A stretch of DNA of 64,000 nucleotides from an uncultured Clostridia bacterium (GCA_944372345.1 CALVYT010000008.1:10690-74689), one strand, 5' to 3'; shown: positions 1 to 10,275, numbered from the stretch's first letter. The notes: generated from the sequence alone by a model not told the origin. Numbers and translations: made by a program.

Positions 1-104
1 ATGACCACCGCTATCCTGCCGTTTATCTCTCCCGACGCGCACGCGTCCATTATCGCCTGCATATTCGTACCGCTTCCGCTTACGAGTAACGCAAGTTTTT
101 TCAT
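1..104 (-). CDS. purN: phosphoribosylglycinamide formyltransferase, N-terminal 34 codons only (gene continues past the left edge)
   Basis: The reverse strand from the ATG at 102-104 reads MKKLALLVSGSGTNMQAIMDACASGEINGRIAVV, a PurN-type N-terminus. It lies directly downstream of purM. Confidence 0.7.
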   Translation of the reverse strand, partial: MKKLALLVSGSGTNMQAIMDACASGEINGRIAVV

Positions 105-126
105 GTCCGTTTCCTCTTCATTATCA

Positions 127-1161
127 TTATCCGGATATGCCGCCGCGCGAGAGCTTTACCCCGCCGCCTTCGGCGACTCTGCCTATAATATATGCGCTTT
201 CGCCCGATTTGATAGCATATTCCTTAACTTCTTCCGCTTCGTCCGCGCCGACGGCAAATACCATACCGATGCCCATATTGAACGTGTTGTACAGCTTATC
301 GTCGCCAAGACCGCTCTTTTTCGCGAGCAGATCGAATATCGGCAGCCGCGGGAAGGAATCGAGATCCACTTCCGCGCACAGCCCGTCGGGCAGTATGCGG
401 GGGATGTTCTCGATAAATCCGCCGCCCGTGATGTGGGCTATGCCGTGGATATCGAACTTTTCCGCGAGCGAGAGAGCCGCGTTCACATACAGCTTCGTCG
501 GCGTCAGCACCGCTTCGCCGAGCGTCATACCGAGCGAGTCGTCGTATTTTTCCAGTTCCTTTCTGTCTTCGCCAAGCAGTTTGCGCACGAGCGAATATCC
601 GTTGGAGTGCACGCCGCTCGACGCAAGCCCGACGAGCGCGTCGCCCTTCTTTACTTTCGAGCCGTTTATTATCCTGCTCCTGTCCGCTATGCCGACGGCA
701 AACCCCGCGAGGTCGTATTCGTCCTCGGGATACATTCCCGGCATTTCCGCCGTTTCTCCGCCGATGAGCGCGCAGCCCACCTCTTTGCACGCCTTCGCCA
801 CGCCGCGCACGACGGTCGCCGTCTTTTCGGGATCGAGCCTGCCGCAAGCCACATAATCGAGGAAGAACAGCGGCTTCGCGCCCTGGCACACGATGTCGTT
901 GACGCACATAGCCACGCAGTCCGTACCTATCGTGTCGTGCTTGTCGAGCGCTATGGCATAACGCAGTTTGGTGCCCACGCCGTCCGTGCCCGATACGAGC
1001 ACGGGGTCGGCAAAGCCCTTGGGAACGGCGTAAAAACCGCCGAACGACCCCAGACCCGAGAGCACGTTTTCGTCGTAGGTCTCCGCCGCGCTCTTCTTTA
1101 TGAGGTCGACGAGCTTATATCCGCGCGTGACGTCCACGCCGGCAGCTTTGTAATCGATCAT
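127..1161 (-). CDS. purM: phosphoribosylformylglycinamidine cyclo-ligase (AIR synthetase)
   Basis: 344-aa ORF MIDYKAAGVDV...GLGSFGGFY...SGTDGVGTKL, full-length PurM-like, within the pur cluster. Confidence 0.95.
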   Translation of the reverse strand: MIDYKAAGVDVTRGYKLVDLIKKSAAETYDENVLSGLGSFGGFYAVPKGFADPVLVSGTDGVGTKLRYAIALDKHDTIGTDCVAMCVNDIVCQGAKPLFFLDYVACGRLDPEKTATVVRGVAKACKEVGCALIGGETAEMPGMYPEDEYDLAGFAVGIADRSRIINGSKVKKGDALVGLASSGVHSNGYSLVRKLLGEDRKELEKYDDSLGMTLGEAVLTPTKLYVNAALSLAEKFDIHGIAHITGGGFIENIPRILPDGLCAEVDLDSFPRLPIFDLLAKKSGLGDDKLYNTFNMGIGMVFAVGADEAEEVKEYAIKSGESAYIIGRVAEGGGVKLSRGGISG

Positions 1162-1174
1162 ACGGTCCTCCGTA

Positions 1175-1882
<708 letters not shown>

Positions 1883-1908
1883 TTGTATATCTCCTGTCGG
1901 CTTCGCCG

Positions 1909-2415
1909 TCATTGTGCTGAAAGTTCCTTTTGCAGCGCGAGGTCGTCCTCGACGACTTTCCTGCGCATATCTTCCTTATATTCCGCGAGCTTCTTTTTCA
2001 GCCCGTCGTATTTGACCGCGAGTATCTGCACCGCGAGCAGCGCCGCGTTGTCCGCGCCGTTGACGGCAACCGTCGCGACGGGCACGCCCTTGGGCATCTG
2101 CACCATAGACAGCAGGCTGTCCAGCCCGCCCATAAAGCTCGTCGCTATCGGCAGCGCGATGACGGGCAACGTCGTATATCCCGCGAGCACTCCCGCAAGA
2201 TGCGCCGCTTTGCCAGCGACGCCTATTATCGCCTCGAAACCGTTCTTTTCCGCGTTCACCGCGAAATCGTGCGCTTCCGTCGGCGTGCGGTGCGCGGAGA
2301 TTATCCTCACCTCGCATTCGACGCCGAACTTTCCGAGCGTCGCCACGGCGGGTTTTACCGTGTCGTAGTCCGATCTCGACCCTATCACTATGGCGACCTT
2401 TCCGTATGCGCTCAT
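1909..2415 (-). CDS. purE: N5-carboxyaminoimidazole ribonucleotide mutase
   Basis: [20 protein letters not shown]...SAHRTP...[12 protein letters not shown] is PurE-like. The start at 2415 is preceded by GGAGGG. Confidence 0.92.
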   Translation of the reverse strand: MSAYGKVAIVIGSRSDYDTVKPAVATLGKFGVECEVRIISAHRTPTEAHDFAVNAEKNGFEAIIGVAGKAAHLAGVLAGYTTLPVIALPIATSFMGGLDSLLSMVQMPKGVPVATVAVNGADNAALLAVQILAVKYDGLKKKLAEYKEDMRRKVVEDDLALQKELSAQ

Positions 2416-2446
2416 ATAAGTCCCTCCGAAAACCTTTTTCAAATAA

Positions 2447-2476
2447 AGTATAGCATTTACGGCGCGGTCAAGTCAA
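2447..2476 (-). promoter_or_regulatory. candidate sigma-A promoter for purE-C-M-N
   Basis: On the reverse strand: TTGACT (2471-2476), 18-nt spacer, TATACT (2447-2452). The leader to the purE RBS is only about 30 nt. Confidence 0.5.
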
Positions 2477-2525
2477 ACGAATACAAACGCCGAACGCAAA
2501 TTTTGCATAAGCCTGCCGCCGTCCC

Positions 2526-2554
2526 TTGATTTTACGGCGCGCACGGTGTATAAT
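2526..2554 (+). promoter_or_regulatory. candidate sigma-A promoter for the phosphatase/kinase pair
   Basis: TTGATT (2526-2531), 17-nt spacer, TATAAT (2549-2554). Confidence 0.55.
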
Positions 2555-2597
2555 ATAAGAACGGTATCGTCCGACAAGCGGACGGAGGGACGGCATT

Positions 2598-3341
2598 ATG
2601 ACGCTGACTTATTCGGAGATATGCTCCCCGGGGGGCAGAAAGAGCAATCAGGACAACGCGGGGTGGCGCGCGGACGGCGGCAAGGCGTGTTTCGTCGTGT
2701 GCGACGGACTGGGCGCGTATTCGGGCAGCGGCATAGCCAGCCGCATCTGCACCGAAGTTATGTGCGACGGGTTTATGAACGGCGGTTCTCCGACGGCGGA
2801 ATGCATAACCGCGCTCGCCGAACGCGCGCACAGACGCATAATCGAGGAAAAAACGGAAAACGGACATATCGACGGAGCGTGCACGACGCTCGCGGGAGTA
2901 TTCACGGACGGCTCGCGCACCGTCATAGCCCACATAGGCGACTCCCGCGTCTACCGATTCGCCGCGGGCAGGATACGCTTCTGCACCGCCGACCATTCCG
3001 TCGCGCAGATGGACGTCGAAAGCGGCAGGATAAGCCGCCGCGACCTGCGCTACCACCGCGACCAGAACAAGCTGACGCGCGTGCTCGGCGGACGGCGGTA
3101 TCTCCCGCCCGACATAACCGAATCGGACGCGCCGCTCGCCGCGGGCGACGCGTTCCTGCTCTGCACCGACGGGTTCTGGGAATACGTCGACGAAAACGAA
3201 ATGGAATACGCTCTCACTCTCGGTCTGCCGGGAGAAGGGATGCTCGGATATATGGAAAAGAAACTGCTCTCGCGCGCGAGCGGAGAACACGACAACTATA
3301 CCGCGCTGCTCGTGCGCGTCATCGGGGAGGACGACCAATGA
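2598..3341 (+). CDS. PP2C-family Ser/Thr protein phosphatase
   Basis: 247 aa. RKSNQDN...FVVCDGLGAY...GDSRVY...LLCTDGFWE are PP2C metal-binding motifs. The stop overlaps the kinase start (ATGA). Confidence 0.88.
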   Translation: MTLTYSEICSPGGRKSNQDNAGWRADGGKACFVVCDGLGAYSGSGIASRICTEVMCDGFMNGGSPTAECITALAERAHRRIIEEKTENGHIDGACTTLAGVFTDGSRTVIAHIGDSRVYRFAAGRIRFCTADHSVAQMDVESGRISRRDLRYHRDQNKLTRVLGGRRYLPPDITESDAPLAAGDAFLLCTDGFWEYVDENEMEYALTLGLPGEGMLGYMEKKLLSRASGEHDNYTALLVRVIGEDDQ

Positions 3342-4270
3342 CGGAAAATCTTTGCCCCCGCTGCTTCGCGCCGCTCTCGCCGCGCGGCGTCTGCCCCGAA
3401 TGCGGCAGGCGCGCCTCGCGACCTCCCCGCCCCGATCCCCGCGCGCTGCCCGAAGGCACGCTCCTGAAAAACAGATACGTCCTCGGCGGAACGATCGGCG
3501 AAGGCGGGTTCGGCGTCACCTATTTCGCGTTCGATACGATGAGATCGGCGCGCGTCGCCGTCAAGGAATACTTCCCGTTTACCGTCGCCGCCCGCGTCGG
3601 GAAAGCCGTCGAAGCGCGCTCCCCCGAACTGCGCGGGAGGTTCTCGCTCGGCAAGAAGAGGTTCACCGACGAGGCGAAAAATATGGCGGCGATAAAGGAC
3701 CTTAAAGACATACCGACCGCTCTCGACTATTTCAGCGAGAACGGCACGGCGTATATAGTTATGGAATACATAGAAGGCGAAACGCTGAAAGACCGCGTTT
3801 TCAAAAAAGGCAAGATGAAAGAGGGCGACGCGCTCGCCCTGCTCCGCCCCGTATTCTCCTCCCTCGCGCTGATACACGACGCGGGGCTGCTCCACCGCGA
3901 CGTTTCCGCAGACAATATCATCCTCGGTAAAGGCTGCGCCAAACTCATCGACTTCGGCTCGTCCGTGTCCGCGGGCAGGCAGCAGTCGCTCGAACTCAAA
4001 CGGCGGTACGCCCCGCCCGAGCAGTACGAAAAGGACGGCTCGGTCGACAGACGCGCGGACGTATACGCCGCGGGCGCGACGCTGTATTACTGCGTGACGG
4101 GCTGTCTGCCGCCCGAAGCGACGGACCGGCTGCGGCAGGACCGCATATCCTTTCCCGCACGGCTCTCCCCGCATATGCGCGCCGCCCTTACCAAAGCCCT
4201 CTCTCTGAAAAAAGAGGACAGATATGCGGATATGCGCGAAATGCTCGCCGATCTGGACGGGATAAACTGA
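3338..4270 (+). CDS. Hanks-type Ser/Thr protein kinase with an N-terminal zinc ribbon; no TM or PASTA region
   Basis: MTENLCPRCFAPLSPRGVCPECG (CxxC-x10-CxxC), then GEGGFGVTY, VAVKEY, HRDVSADN, DFG and APPE. The start is in frame within the longer track ORF and overlaps the phosphatase stop. Confidence 0.88.
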   Translation: MTENLCPRCFAPLSPRGVCPECGRRASRPPRPDPRALPEGTLLKNRYVLGGTIGEGGFGVTYFAFDTMRSARVAVKEYFPFTVAARVGKAVEARSPELRGRFSLGKKRFTDEAKNMAAIKDLKDIPTALDYFSENGTAYIVMEYIEGETLKDRVFKKGKMKEGDALALLRPVFSSLALIHDAGLLHRDVSADNIILGKGCAKLIDFGSSVSAGRQQSLELKRRYAPPEQYEKDGSVDRRADVYAAGATLYYCVTGCLPPEATDRLRQDRISFPARLSPHMRAALTKALSLKKEDRYADMREMLADLDGIN

Positions 4271-4283
4271 CGCCCGCAAACGC

Positions 4284-4312
4284 AAAAAGCGTTCCGCACG
4301 GAACGCTTTTTT
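4284..4312. terminator. bidirectional intrinsic terminator between convergent genes
   Basis: AAAAA-GCGTTCC-GCAC-GGAACGC-TTTTTT. Confidence 0.75.
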
Positions 4313-4337
4313 ATATGTCCGTTTTGACAGCCGCGGC

Positions 4338-6032
4338 TCATACCGAAAGCGCGGCGTACAGTCTGTCGGCGTCTGCGGTCGTTCTGCCGCGGACGATAAA
4401 GAACAGCAGCACGAACACCGCGGCGAGCGCGGCGGACGCTATCGTGAGCCCCCAGCCGCCCAGCCCCGCGAAATACAGCCCAAGCCCAAGCCCGAGGATA
4501 ACTCCTCCCGCTCCGAACGCGGCGAGTATACCGAGCAGCGTAGGGATCACCGTGGCGGGATTGCTCTTGACGGCGTCGCGCGGGGTGACCCAATCGAGGC
4601 GCGGCTTTTTCAGATCGCGGCGCAGATAGAACTCCGTAAAGCACAGCACGCCAGCGGCGAGCATAACGAGGGTGCTTATTATCGCGGCGACGTCCACCGT
4701 TTTGAGCGCGACCGCTCCCGAAACAGCCATTCCCGCCACGCTCACGGCACCGGACACGAGGGGCGGCAGCACGGATACCACGCGCTTTGCGTCGAGCTGG
4801 ACGGTATACGGCACGGGAATGAGTTTGCTGTATGCGAACGTGACGCCCTCGCGGGTCACCGCCGTCAGCGCGGTGAAGTTCAGCGCGCCCGTCATCATCA
4901 AAGCCATCATTGCAGCTATCGCCCACATAACGACGAACATAAGCCCGGATATGCCCGCTTCCTCCACGCCTTCGCCGTTGCCCATTATCATCATAACGAC
5001 GCACATCGCGGGAGAGAGGACCACGCCCGCGAGGCATTGGAACGCAAACGAGGAATTGCGTATGAGCATCCTCGTTTCCTTTTTCACGAGAGCGCGCAGC
5101 ACTCCGGAACGCTCGTAACGCCCCGCTTTGTTCCTGCTCCGCGGCGGATTTTCCGACTGTCGCATGACCGCGCGGCGGTACATAAGCAACGCGAGCGGGA
5201 CGAGAGCCGCCGAAAGCGCGGCGACCGTCCCGAGAAACACGATGAGGTTTATTGCCGCCGAGAGGGCGGGAGCTTCTGCGAACCCGCCGCCGTTTGTGCC
5301 GAAGCACGCAAGGCAGTAGATCGGATATATAACATACATTGAGCGGCGCACCGCGGCGCGCAGCGTTTCGACGGCGGCGCCGATATCCTCGGCCCCGCCC
5401 GACGCCGGGGCGCGGCCGCCAAGATTGACGACTACTATATACACCGTCATAAACGCGGCGAACAGCACGAGCAGGAGCACGCTCGCGACCGCGCCGCGGT
5501 TACGGAAGAACCCGGCTATGAACGTCAGCGGCACGGCGATAAGCGCGCCGAGCAACAGCGCGCAAAGCGGCACGAGCGCGACCGCGATGAGCGTCATTAT
5601 ATAAAACGCCGCGCCCTGCGCCGTCGCTATGCCGAGCACTATCGCGCCCGGGAAAGCGAGCACCGCTCCGACGGCGGCTTCCTCGACATATATGACCGTC
5701 AGCTTCGCCGCGAACACCGTACCCGGTCTGACCGGGAGGCTCATTAAAAACTCGTTGTCGCGGGAGAAATACATATACGAAAACACCGCGACCGTGCCGA
5801 ACACGAGCGTGAGCATAAAATCCGCGGCCAGAAGCAGCGCGGCGATCTCCGTCGTGAGATCATAATCCCTAACCGCGGCGCCGAGAAATCCCAGCGCGAC
5901 GGCTATGCACGCCGAAAGTATGGCGGCGAGCACGATGAAGCCGACGAGTGCGGACGGCGAATTTTTCGCGCCCGCGCGCTTTCTGAATGTCATGCTAAGC
6001 AGCGTCCGCGTTATGACTTTCCACCCGTACAT
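4338..6032 (-). CDS. ABC-2/ABC-exporter-type polytopic membrane permease
   Basis: 564 aa, many hydrophobic spans. It starts 1 nt after the stop of the upstream ABC ATPase. Confidence 0.75.
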   Translation of the reverse strand: MYGWKVITRTLLSMTFRKRAGAKNSPSALVGFIVLAAILSACIAVALGFLGAAVRDYDLTTEIAALLLAADFMLTLVFGTVAVFSYMYFSRDNEFLMSLPVRPGTVFAAKLTVIYVEEAAVGAVLAFPGAIVLGIATAQGAAFYIMTLIAVALVPLCALLLGALIAVPLTFIAGFFRNRGAVASVLLLVLFAAFMTVYIVVVNLGGRAPASGGAEDIGAAVETLRAAVRRSMYVIYPIYCLACFGTNGGGFAEAPALSAAINLIVFLGTVAALSAALVPLALLMYRRAVMRQSENPPRSRNKAGRYERSGVLRALVKKETRMLIRNSSFAFQCLAGVVLSPAMCVVMMIMGNGEGVEEAGISGLMFVVMWAIAAMMALMMTGALNFTALTAVTREGVTFAYSKLIPVPYTVQLDAKRVVSVLPPLVSGAVSVAGMAVSGAVALKTVDVAAIISTLVMLAAGVLCFTEFYLRRDLKKPRLDWVTPRDAVKSNPATVIPTLLGILAAFGAGGVILGLGLGLYFAGLGGWGLTIASAALAAVFVLLFFIVRGRTTADADRLYAALSV

Positions 6033-6033
6033 A

Positions 6034-6771
6034 TCAGTCGCTCCCGTTTCCCGCGACGGAGAGGAATATGTCTTCGAGCGACTCGTCGCCCTTTGCGGCT
6101 TTGATATCGTCGAGATCGCCCGCGACGAGCAGTCTGCCCTTGCTTATTATGCCTATGCGGTCGCATATCCGCTCCGCCATATCAAGGACGTGCGTCGAGA
6201 AAAACACGACGTTTCCCCTGTCCGCGTGGACGCGCATTATGTCCTTGAATTCACGCACCGACTGCGGGTCCAGCCCCACCATCGGCTCGTCGAGAACGAG
6301 CACTTTCGGGTCGTGGACGAGCGCGCCGACTATGGCTATCTTCTGCTTCATCCCGTGGCTGTACGTCCCTATCTGGTTGTCGTATGCGCCGCCGAGCGAA
6401 AAGCGCGAAACGAGTTCGTCGGCGCGCGCCCGACGCTCTTCGACGGATACGCCGTATACGTCCGCCATAAAGTCGACGAACTCCCTGCCCGTCAGCTTTT
6501 CAAACAGCACTCCGCTGTCCGTGACGTAACCTATGTTCTTCTTCGCGCCCGCGGGGTCCCGTTCGACGTCCGCGCCGCATACCGAAATACTGCCTTCGTC
6601 CGCGGACAGTATCCCCGTCATCATCTTGATGGTCGTCGTCTTCCCCGCCCCGTTTGGACCGAGAAACCCGAATATCTCGCCGCCCGAAAGGGTCAGCGAC
6701 AGTCCGTCCACCGCCTTGACGGGGCTTTTCGCGTACGTTTTGGATACGCGGTCAAATACGACTTCGTTCAA
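6034..6771 (-). CDS. ABC transporter ATP-binding protein
   Basis: GPNGAGKTTT (Walker A), signature-like YSHGMKQK, LVLDEP (Walker B). The start is set at the TTG at 6771, preceded by AGGAGG. The Arg-rich N-terminal extension in the track looks non-coding. Confidence 0.88.
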   Translation of the reverse strand: MNEVVFDRVSKTYAKSPVKAVDGLSLTLSGGEIFGFLGPNGAGKTTTIKMMTGILSADEGSISVCGADVERDPAGAKKNIGYVTDSGVLFEKLTGREFVDFMADVYGVSVEERRARADELVSRFSLGGAYDNQIGTYSHGMKQKIAIVGALVHDPKVLVLDEPMVGLDPQSVREFKDIMRVHADRGNVVFFSTHVLDMAERICDRIGIISKGRLLVAGDLDDIKAAKGDESLEDIFLSVAGNGSD

Positions 6772-6863
6772 ATATACCTCCTGTATGCCGCGCTGCGTTA
6801 CGCCCGCAGCCGTATCGATAGTCCGAAAACCAAATCTCGCGCTTACGGCAAAGCCGCGCCGCG

Positions 6864-7571
6864 TCAGGCGCGCGCCGCCACGTCGAGCGCAAGCACCATC
6901 ATATCGCGCAGCCCGCATTCGCGCTCTGCCGCAGAGAGCATATCCCCGCCGAGAGCGTAGTCGCTTATCGCGCACACGGCGAGCGCTTCTTTGCCGAACG
7001 CCCGCGCCACGGCATAGAGCATCGCGGCTTCCATTTCCACGGCGTCCGCTCCGCGCGCCTTCCACATTCTGCCGTACTCCGCGCCCGAATAGAACACGTC
7101 GCTCGTATGCAGGCTGCCGCCCACCGCGCGGAAACCGCGTTCATCCGCCGATCTTCGGGCTATGCCCGCCAGCCTCACGGAAGCGGGTATACGCTCGAAA
7201 GGTTCGGCGGAAAAGAACTCCACCGAGCGGGAATCGGTCGACGCGGTATCCCCTATCACGATGTCGCGCAGTTTAAGCGCGTCCGAATACGCGCCCGCGC
7301 TGCCCGCGCGGATAATGCACCCGACGCCGAACTTAGTGAACAGCTCGTAGGCGTAAATGCCTATGGACGGCATTCCCATACCGCTCGCCATCACGGATAT
7401 GCGGGCGCCGTAATAGTAACCCGTATACCCCTGCGCGCCGCGGACGTCGTTGACGAGCCGCGCGTCCGTGAGATAGGCCTCCGCAATCAGCCGCGACCGC
7501 ATAGGATCTCCCGGCATAACGACCACGGGGGCGAAATCTCCCGGCTCCGCCGCTATGTGCTGCGTTGCCAT
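6864..7571 (-). CDS. deoD: purine nucleoside phosphorylase, DeoD type
   Basis: MATQHIAAEPGDFAPVVVMPGDPMRS...GMGMPS is DeoD-like. The ATG at 7571 follows AAGGAGG. Confidence 0.88.
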   Translation of the reverse strand: MATQHIAAEPGDFAPVVVMPGDPMRSRLIAEAYLTDARLVNDVRGAQGYTGYYYGARISVMASGMGMPSIGIYAYELFTKFGVGCIIRAGSAGAYSDALKLRDIVIGDTASTDSRSVEFFSAEPFERIPASVRLAGIARRSADERGFRAVGGSLHTSDVFYSGAEYGRMWKARGADAVEMEAAMLYAVARAFGKEALAVCAISDYALGGDMLSAAERECGLRDMMVLALDVAARA

Positions 7572-7653
7572 CTTCGTTTTCCTCCTTATCATCGGGCTTT
7601 AAGGCTTCCCGCGTCCGCGCCCGAACGGACAGCGAGGCTCCGTCTGCGGCGGG

Positions 7654-8514
7654 TCAGCGCCCGCCCGCCTGCTTTTTCTTCTTCTGCGGCGCGGACTTGA
7701 GCTTATAAGAAGCAAGCCCTGTCAGCGGCGCGGCTTTCTTGCCGTCGCGCCGCAGCAGTTCCACCGCGAGATCCATATATGCCAGCGAGCCTTTGCTCGT
7801 CGGGTAATACTGCACGACGGGCAGACCGTAGCTGGGCGCTTCGCCGAGCGTGACGTTGCGCGGTATGCGCGTTTTGAACACGCTCTTGCCGAACCATTTG
7901 AGTATCTCCTGCGCCACCTGATTGGACAGGTTGCTGCGCCCGTCGTACATCGTCATCACGACGCCCTCTATTTCCAGCGCGTGGTTGAGGTGTTTTTTGA
8001 CGAGCTTGACGGTATTCATCAGCTGCGCTATGCCTTCGAGCGAGAAAAAGTCGCCGGGCATGGGAATGAGCACCGAATCGGCAGCCGTCAGCGCGTTCAC
8101 GGAAAACACGTTGAGCGACGGCGGGCAGTCGATGAATATGTAGTCGTAATCGTCGCGCACGGGCGCGAGCGCGCGGCGCAGCACCTTTTCGCGGGATTCT
8201 TCGAGATTCATCAGCTCCACGTCCGCGCCGGCGAACTCTATATTCGCGGGGACGACTTTGAGGTTGGGAACGGTCGTGCCGCAAACGGTGTCGCGCACGG
8301 TCGCATCCCCCATCATCACGTCGTATATCGTGCGTTTGAGATTGTCCTTGTTCTCGCCCACTATTCCGAAACCGCTCGTGGTGTTGCCCTGCGGGTCGAT
8401 ATCCACTACGAGCACTTTATATCCCATCAGCGCAACGAACGCGCTGAGGTTTATGCAGGTGGTCGTCTTGCCGACGCCGCCCTTCTGATTGGAGATCGCT
8501 ATTACCTTAGCCAC
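7654..8514 (-). CDS. ParA/Soj-family ATPase (orphan; no parB seen) with a basic C-terminal tail
   Basis: NQKGGVGKTTT is the deviant Walker A, and DIDPQGN follows. At 286 aa the tail reads KLKSAPQKKKKQAGGR. Confidence 0.88.
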   Translation of the reverse strand: MAKVIAISNQKGGVGKTTTCINLSAFVALMGYKVLVVDIDPQGNTTSGFGIVGENKDNLKRTIYDVMMGDATVRDTVCGTTVPNLKVVPANIEFAGADVELMNLEESREKVLRRALAPVRDDYDYIFIDCPPSLNVFSVNALTAADSVLIPMPGDFFSLEGIAQLMNTVKLVKKHLNHALEIEGVVMTMYDGRSNLSNQVAQEILKWFGKSVFKTRIPRNVTLGEAPSYGLPVVQYYPTSKGSLAYMDLAVELLRRDGKKAAPLTGLASYKLKSAPQKKKKQAGGR

Positions 8515-8778
8515 GATATTCCTCCTCGTACGGTTTAATAGTAACAGAACGCGCCCGATATGTCAATAACTTACGCGGTCTTGCACCGAAATTTTCCTTA
8601 TTATGACCTCGCGGGCGGAAACGGACGAATGCGGTCGGCGGCGCGGAAAAGCCGAAAACCGCGCGCTTTCCCGCGTTTTTTATGAAATTTTTACATTGTT
8701 TTTACTTAAATTTCATAATGCCGCGCTATACTTCTTTCAAAAGACGGCGGCGGTCGTGCCGCACAGGGAGAAACGAAT

Positions 8779-9552
8779 ATGGACGACAAAGACAGCGACC
8801 TTTCCGAGCTTACCGGGCTCGCCAACCTGCCCGCGGAACTGTTCGACGCCGCGGGAGAGATATACGACCGCACGAAAAAGGCGATGTGGTCGCTCGTAAA
8901 ATACAAAGAACTTAAAATGATGTACGCGTGCGCGATCAAGGAAGTGCAGACGAAGTTCGACGTGCTCGATACCGAATTCAACGTGCGCCACCGACGCAAT
9001 CCGATAAACTCCGTTTCCTCGCGCATCAAAAGCACGCAGAGCATCATTGCCAAACTGCTGCGCAAAAAACTGCCCGTAACGCCCGAAAGCATGGAGGCGA
9101 ACATCTATGACATAGCGGGCATACGCGTCGTCTGCTCGTATATCGACGACATATACGCGATAGCGGACGCGCTGCTCGCGCAGGACGACATAGAACTCGT
9201 CGCGCGAAAGGACTATATCAAAGCACCCAAGCCCAACGGCTACCGCAGCCTGCACCTGATCGTCAGGGTCCCGGTGTTCTTCGCGGAAACGAAAAAGAAA
9301 GTCAACGTCGAAGTGCAGATACGCACGATCGCGATGGACTTCTGGGCGAGCCTCGAACATCAGCTCAAATATAAAAAGGATATCCCCGATCAGCAGGAGA
9401 TCGTCGCGCGGCTCAAAGCGTGCGCGGACGTCATCACGCAGACGGACGAAAAGATGCTCGGGCTGCGGCGTCGGATAGAAAGCGCGGAAGATATGCCCAC
9501 CGAAGAGGACATACTCTTTGAAAAATTAGGCAAACTGGACATACAGCTGTAA
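8779..9552 (+). CDS. small alarmone synthetase (RelQ/RelP-type GTP pyrophosphokinase)
   Basis: DIAGIRVVC...GYRSLHLIV...EVQIRTIAMDFWASLEHQLKYK is the RelA/SpoT synthetase core, at single-domain size (257 aa). Confidence 0.88.
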   Translation: MDDKDSDLSELTGLANLPAELFDAAGEIYDRTKKAMWSLVKYKELKMMYACAIKEVQTKFDVLDTEFNVRHRRNPINSVSSRIKSTQSIIAKLLRKKLPVTPESMEANIYDIAGIRVVCSYIDDIYAIADALLAQDDIELVARKDYIKAPKPNGYRSLHLIVRVPVFFAETKKKVNVEVQIRTIAMDFWASLEHQLKYKKDIPDQQEIVARLKACADVITQTDEKMLGLRRRIESAEDMPTEEDILFEKLGKLDIQL

Positions 9553-9632
9553 CTCGCCCGCGCGGCAAAACGCGGAGCGCAGGACAAACGCGGCGCGCCC
9601 TTCCCTCCCGCCGCGACCACGGAGGATACGAT

Positions 9633-10064
9633 ATGGAACTGCGAGAATTTCACGCGCTCGTCGGCGAAACGATAATGTACTGCCAGATCATCGAGCGCGA
9701 CGTGAAAATAATTTACGCCGCAATGAGCGGCGGCGATATGGAGCGGGAGCTTCGCGGCTTGGAACGCGAAAAGCTCACTTTTGGCGAAACCGTGCACGAA
9801 CTGCGCATACTCGACCGCGTCCGCGGCGCGGCATACTTCACCGACGAGGACTACGACTATCTGATGCAGGCCGCCGAAACCCGCAACCATTGGTGCCACG
9901 AAGCGTATCTGCGCTTCGCTTTCGACAAAGCGTTCACCCGCTCCCGCGCGTTCGCCGAGGAGTCCGAACGGCTGCTGCGCGACCACGACAGGCTCGGCAG
10001 GCTCTGCCGCGCGTTCACCGACGTGCGGCTGCGCGTCCTGCGCGACTTCGGCATACTGCCGTAA
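9633..10064 (+). CDS. hypothetical all-helical protein, possible mini-HEPN (Swt1/Abi2-like)
   Basis: 143 aa. LTFGETVHEL ... AAETRNHWCHEAY gives an R-N-x3-H motif at residues 84-89 preceded by an L-x-F-G helix, the pattern of HEPN RNases. No homology search was done. Confidence 0.55.
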   Translation: MELREFHALVGETIMYCQIIERDVKIIYAAMSGGDMERELRGLEREKLTFGETVHELRILDRVRGAAYFTDEDYDYLMQAAETRNHWCHEAYLRFAFDKAFTRSRAFAEESERLLRDHDRLGRLCRAFTDVRLRVLRDFGILP

Positions 10065-10275
10065 CGGCAGTCATCTTACAGCAGCAAGACCGCCGCGGTG
10101 GCTTTTCCCGCGGCGTTTATCACTCTTCCCGCCGTGCGGCGCGGAATTATCGGGTGCGGCGGGGTTACTGCCGCGAAAGCGGGCGGCGGAACAAGCGGCG
10201 GAACGATACATTATACGTCCCTCCTTCCCTCGTTCGGTTTTTCAAATTATTTTTCTCCCAAACGCGCATTTCTTC

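Noticed and set aside
2416-2530. A purine riboswitch or PurR leader upstream of purE.
   Set aside because: The promoter-to-RBS distance is only about 30 nt, which leaves no room for an aptamer.
6772-7065. An N-terminal 98-aa extension of the ABC ATPase ORF, and similar upstream extensions of the track ORFs at 34134-36056, 38204-39649, 12398-13198, 55311-56846 and 27835-28791.
   Set aside because: The extensions are Arg-rich or non-coding-like, overlap neighbouring genes or promoters, and internal starts with good RBSs give canonical N-termini.
8779-9552. A toxic small alarmone synthetase (toxSAS: FaRel/CapRel-like) toxin.
   Set aside because: The sequence is collinear with housekeeping RelQ/RelP (YjbM/YwaC) proteins and of typical size. 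There is no tightly overlapping antitoxin gene; the next ORF is 80 nt away.
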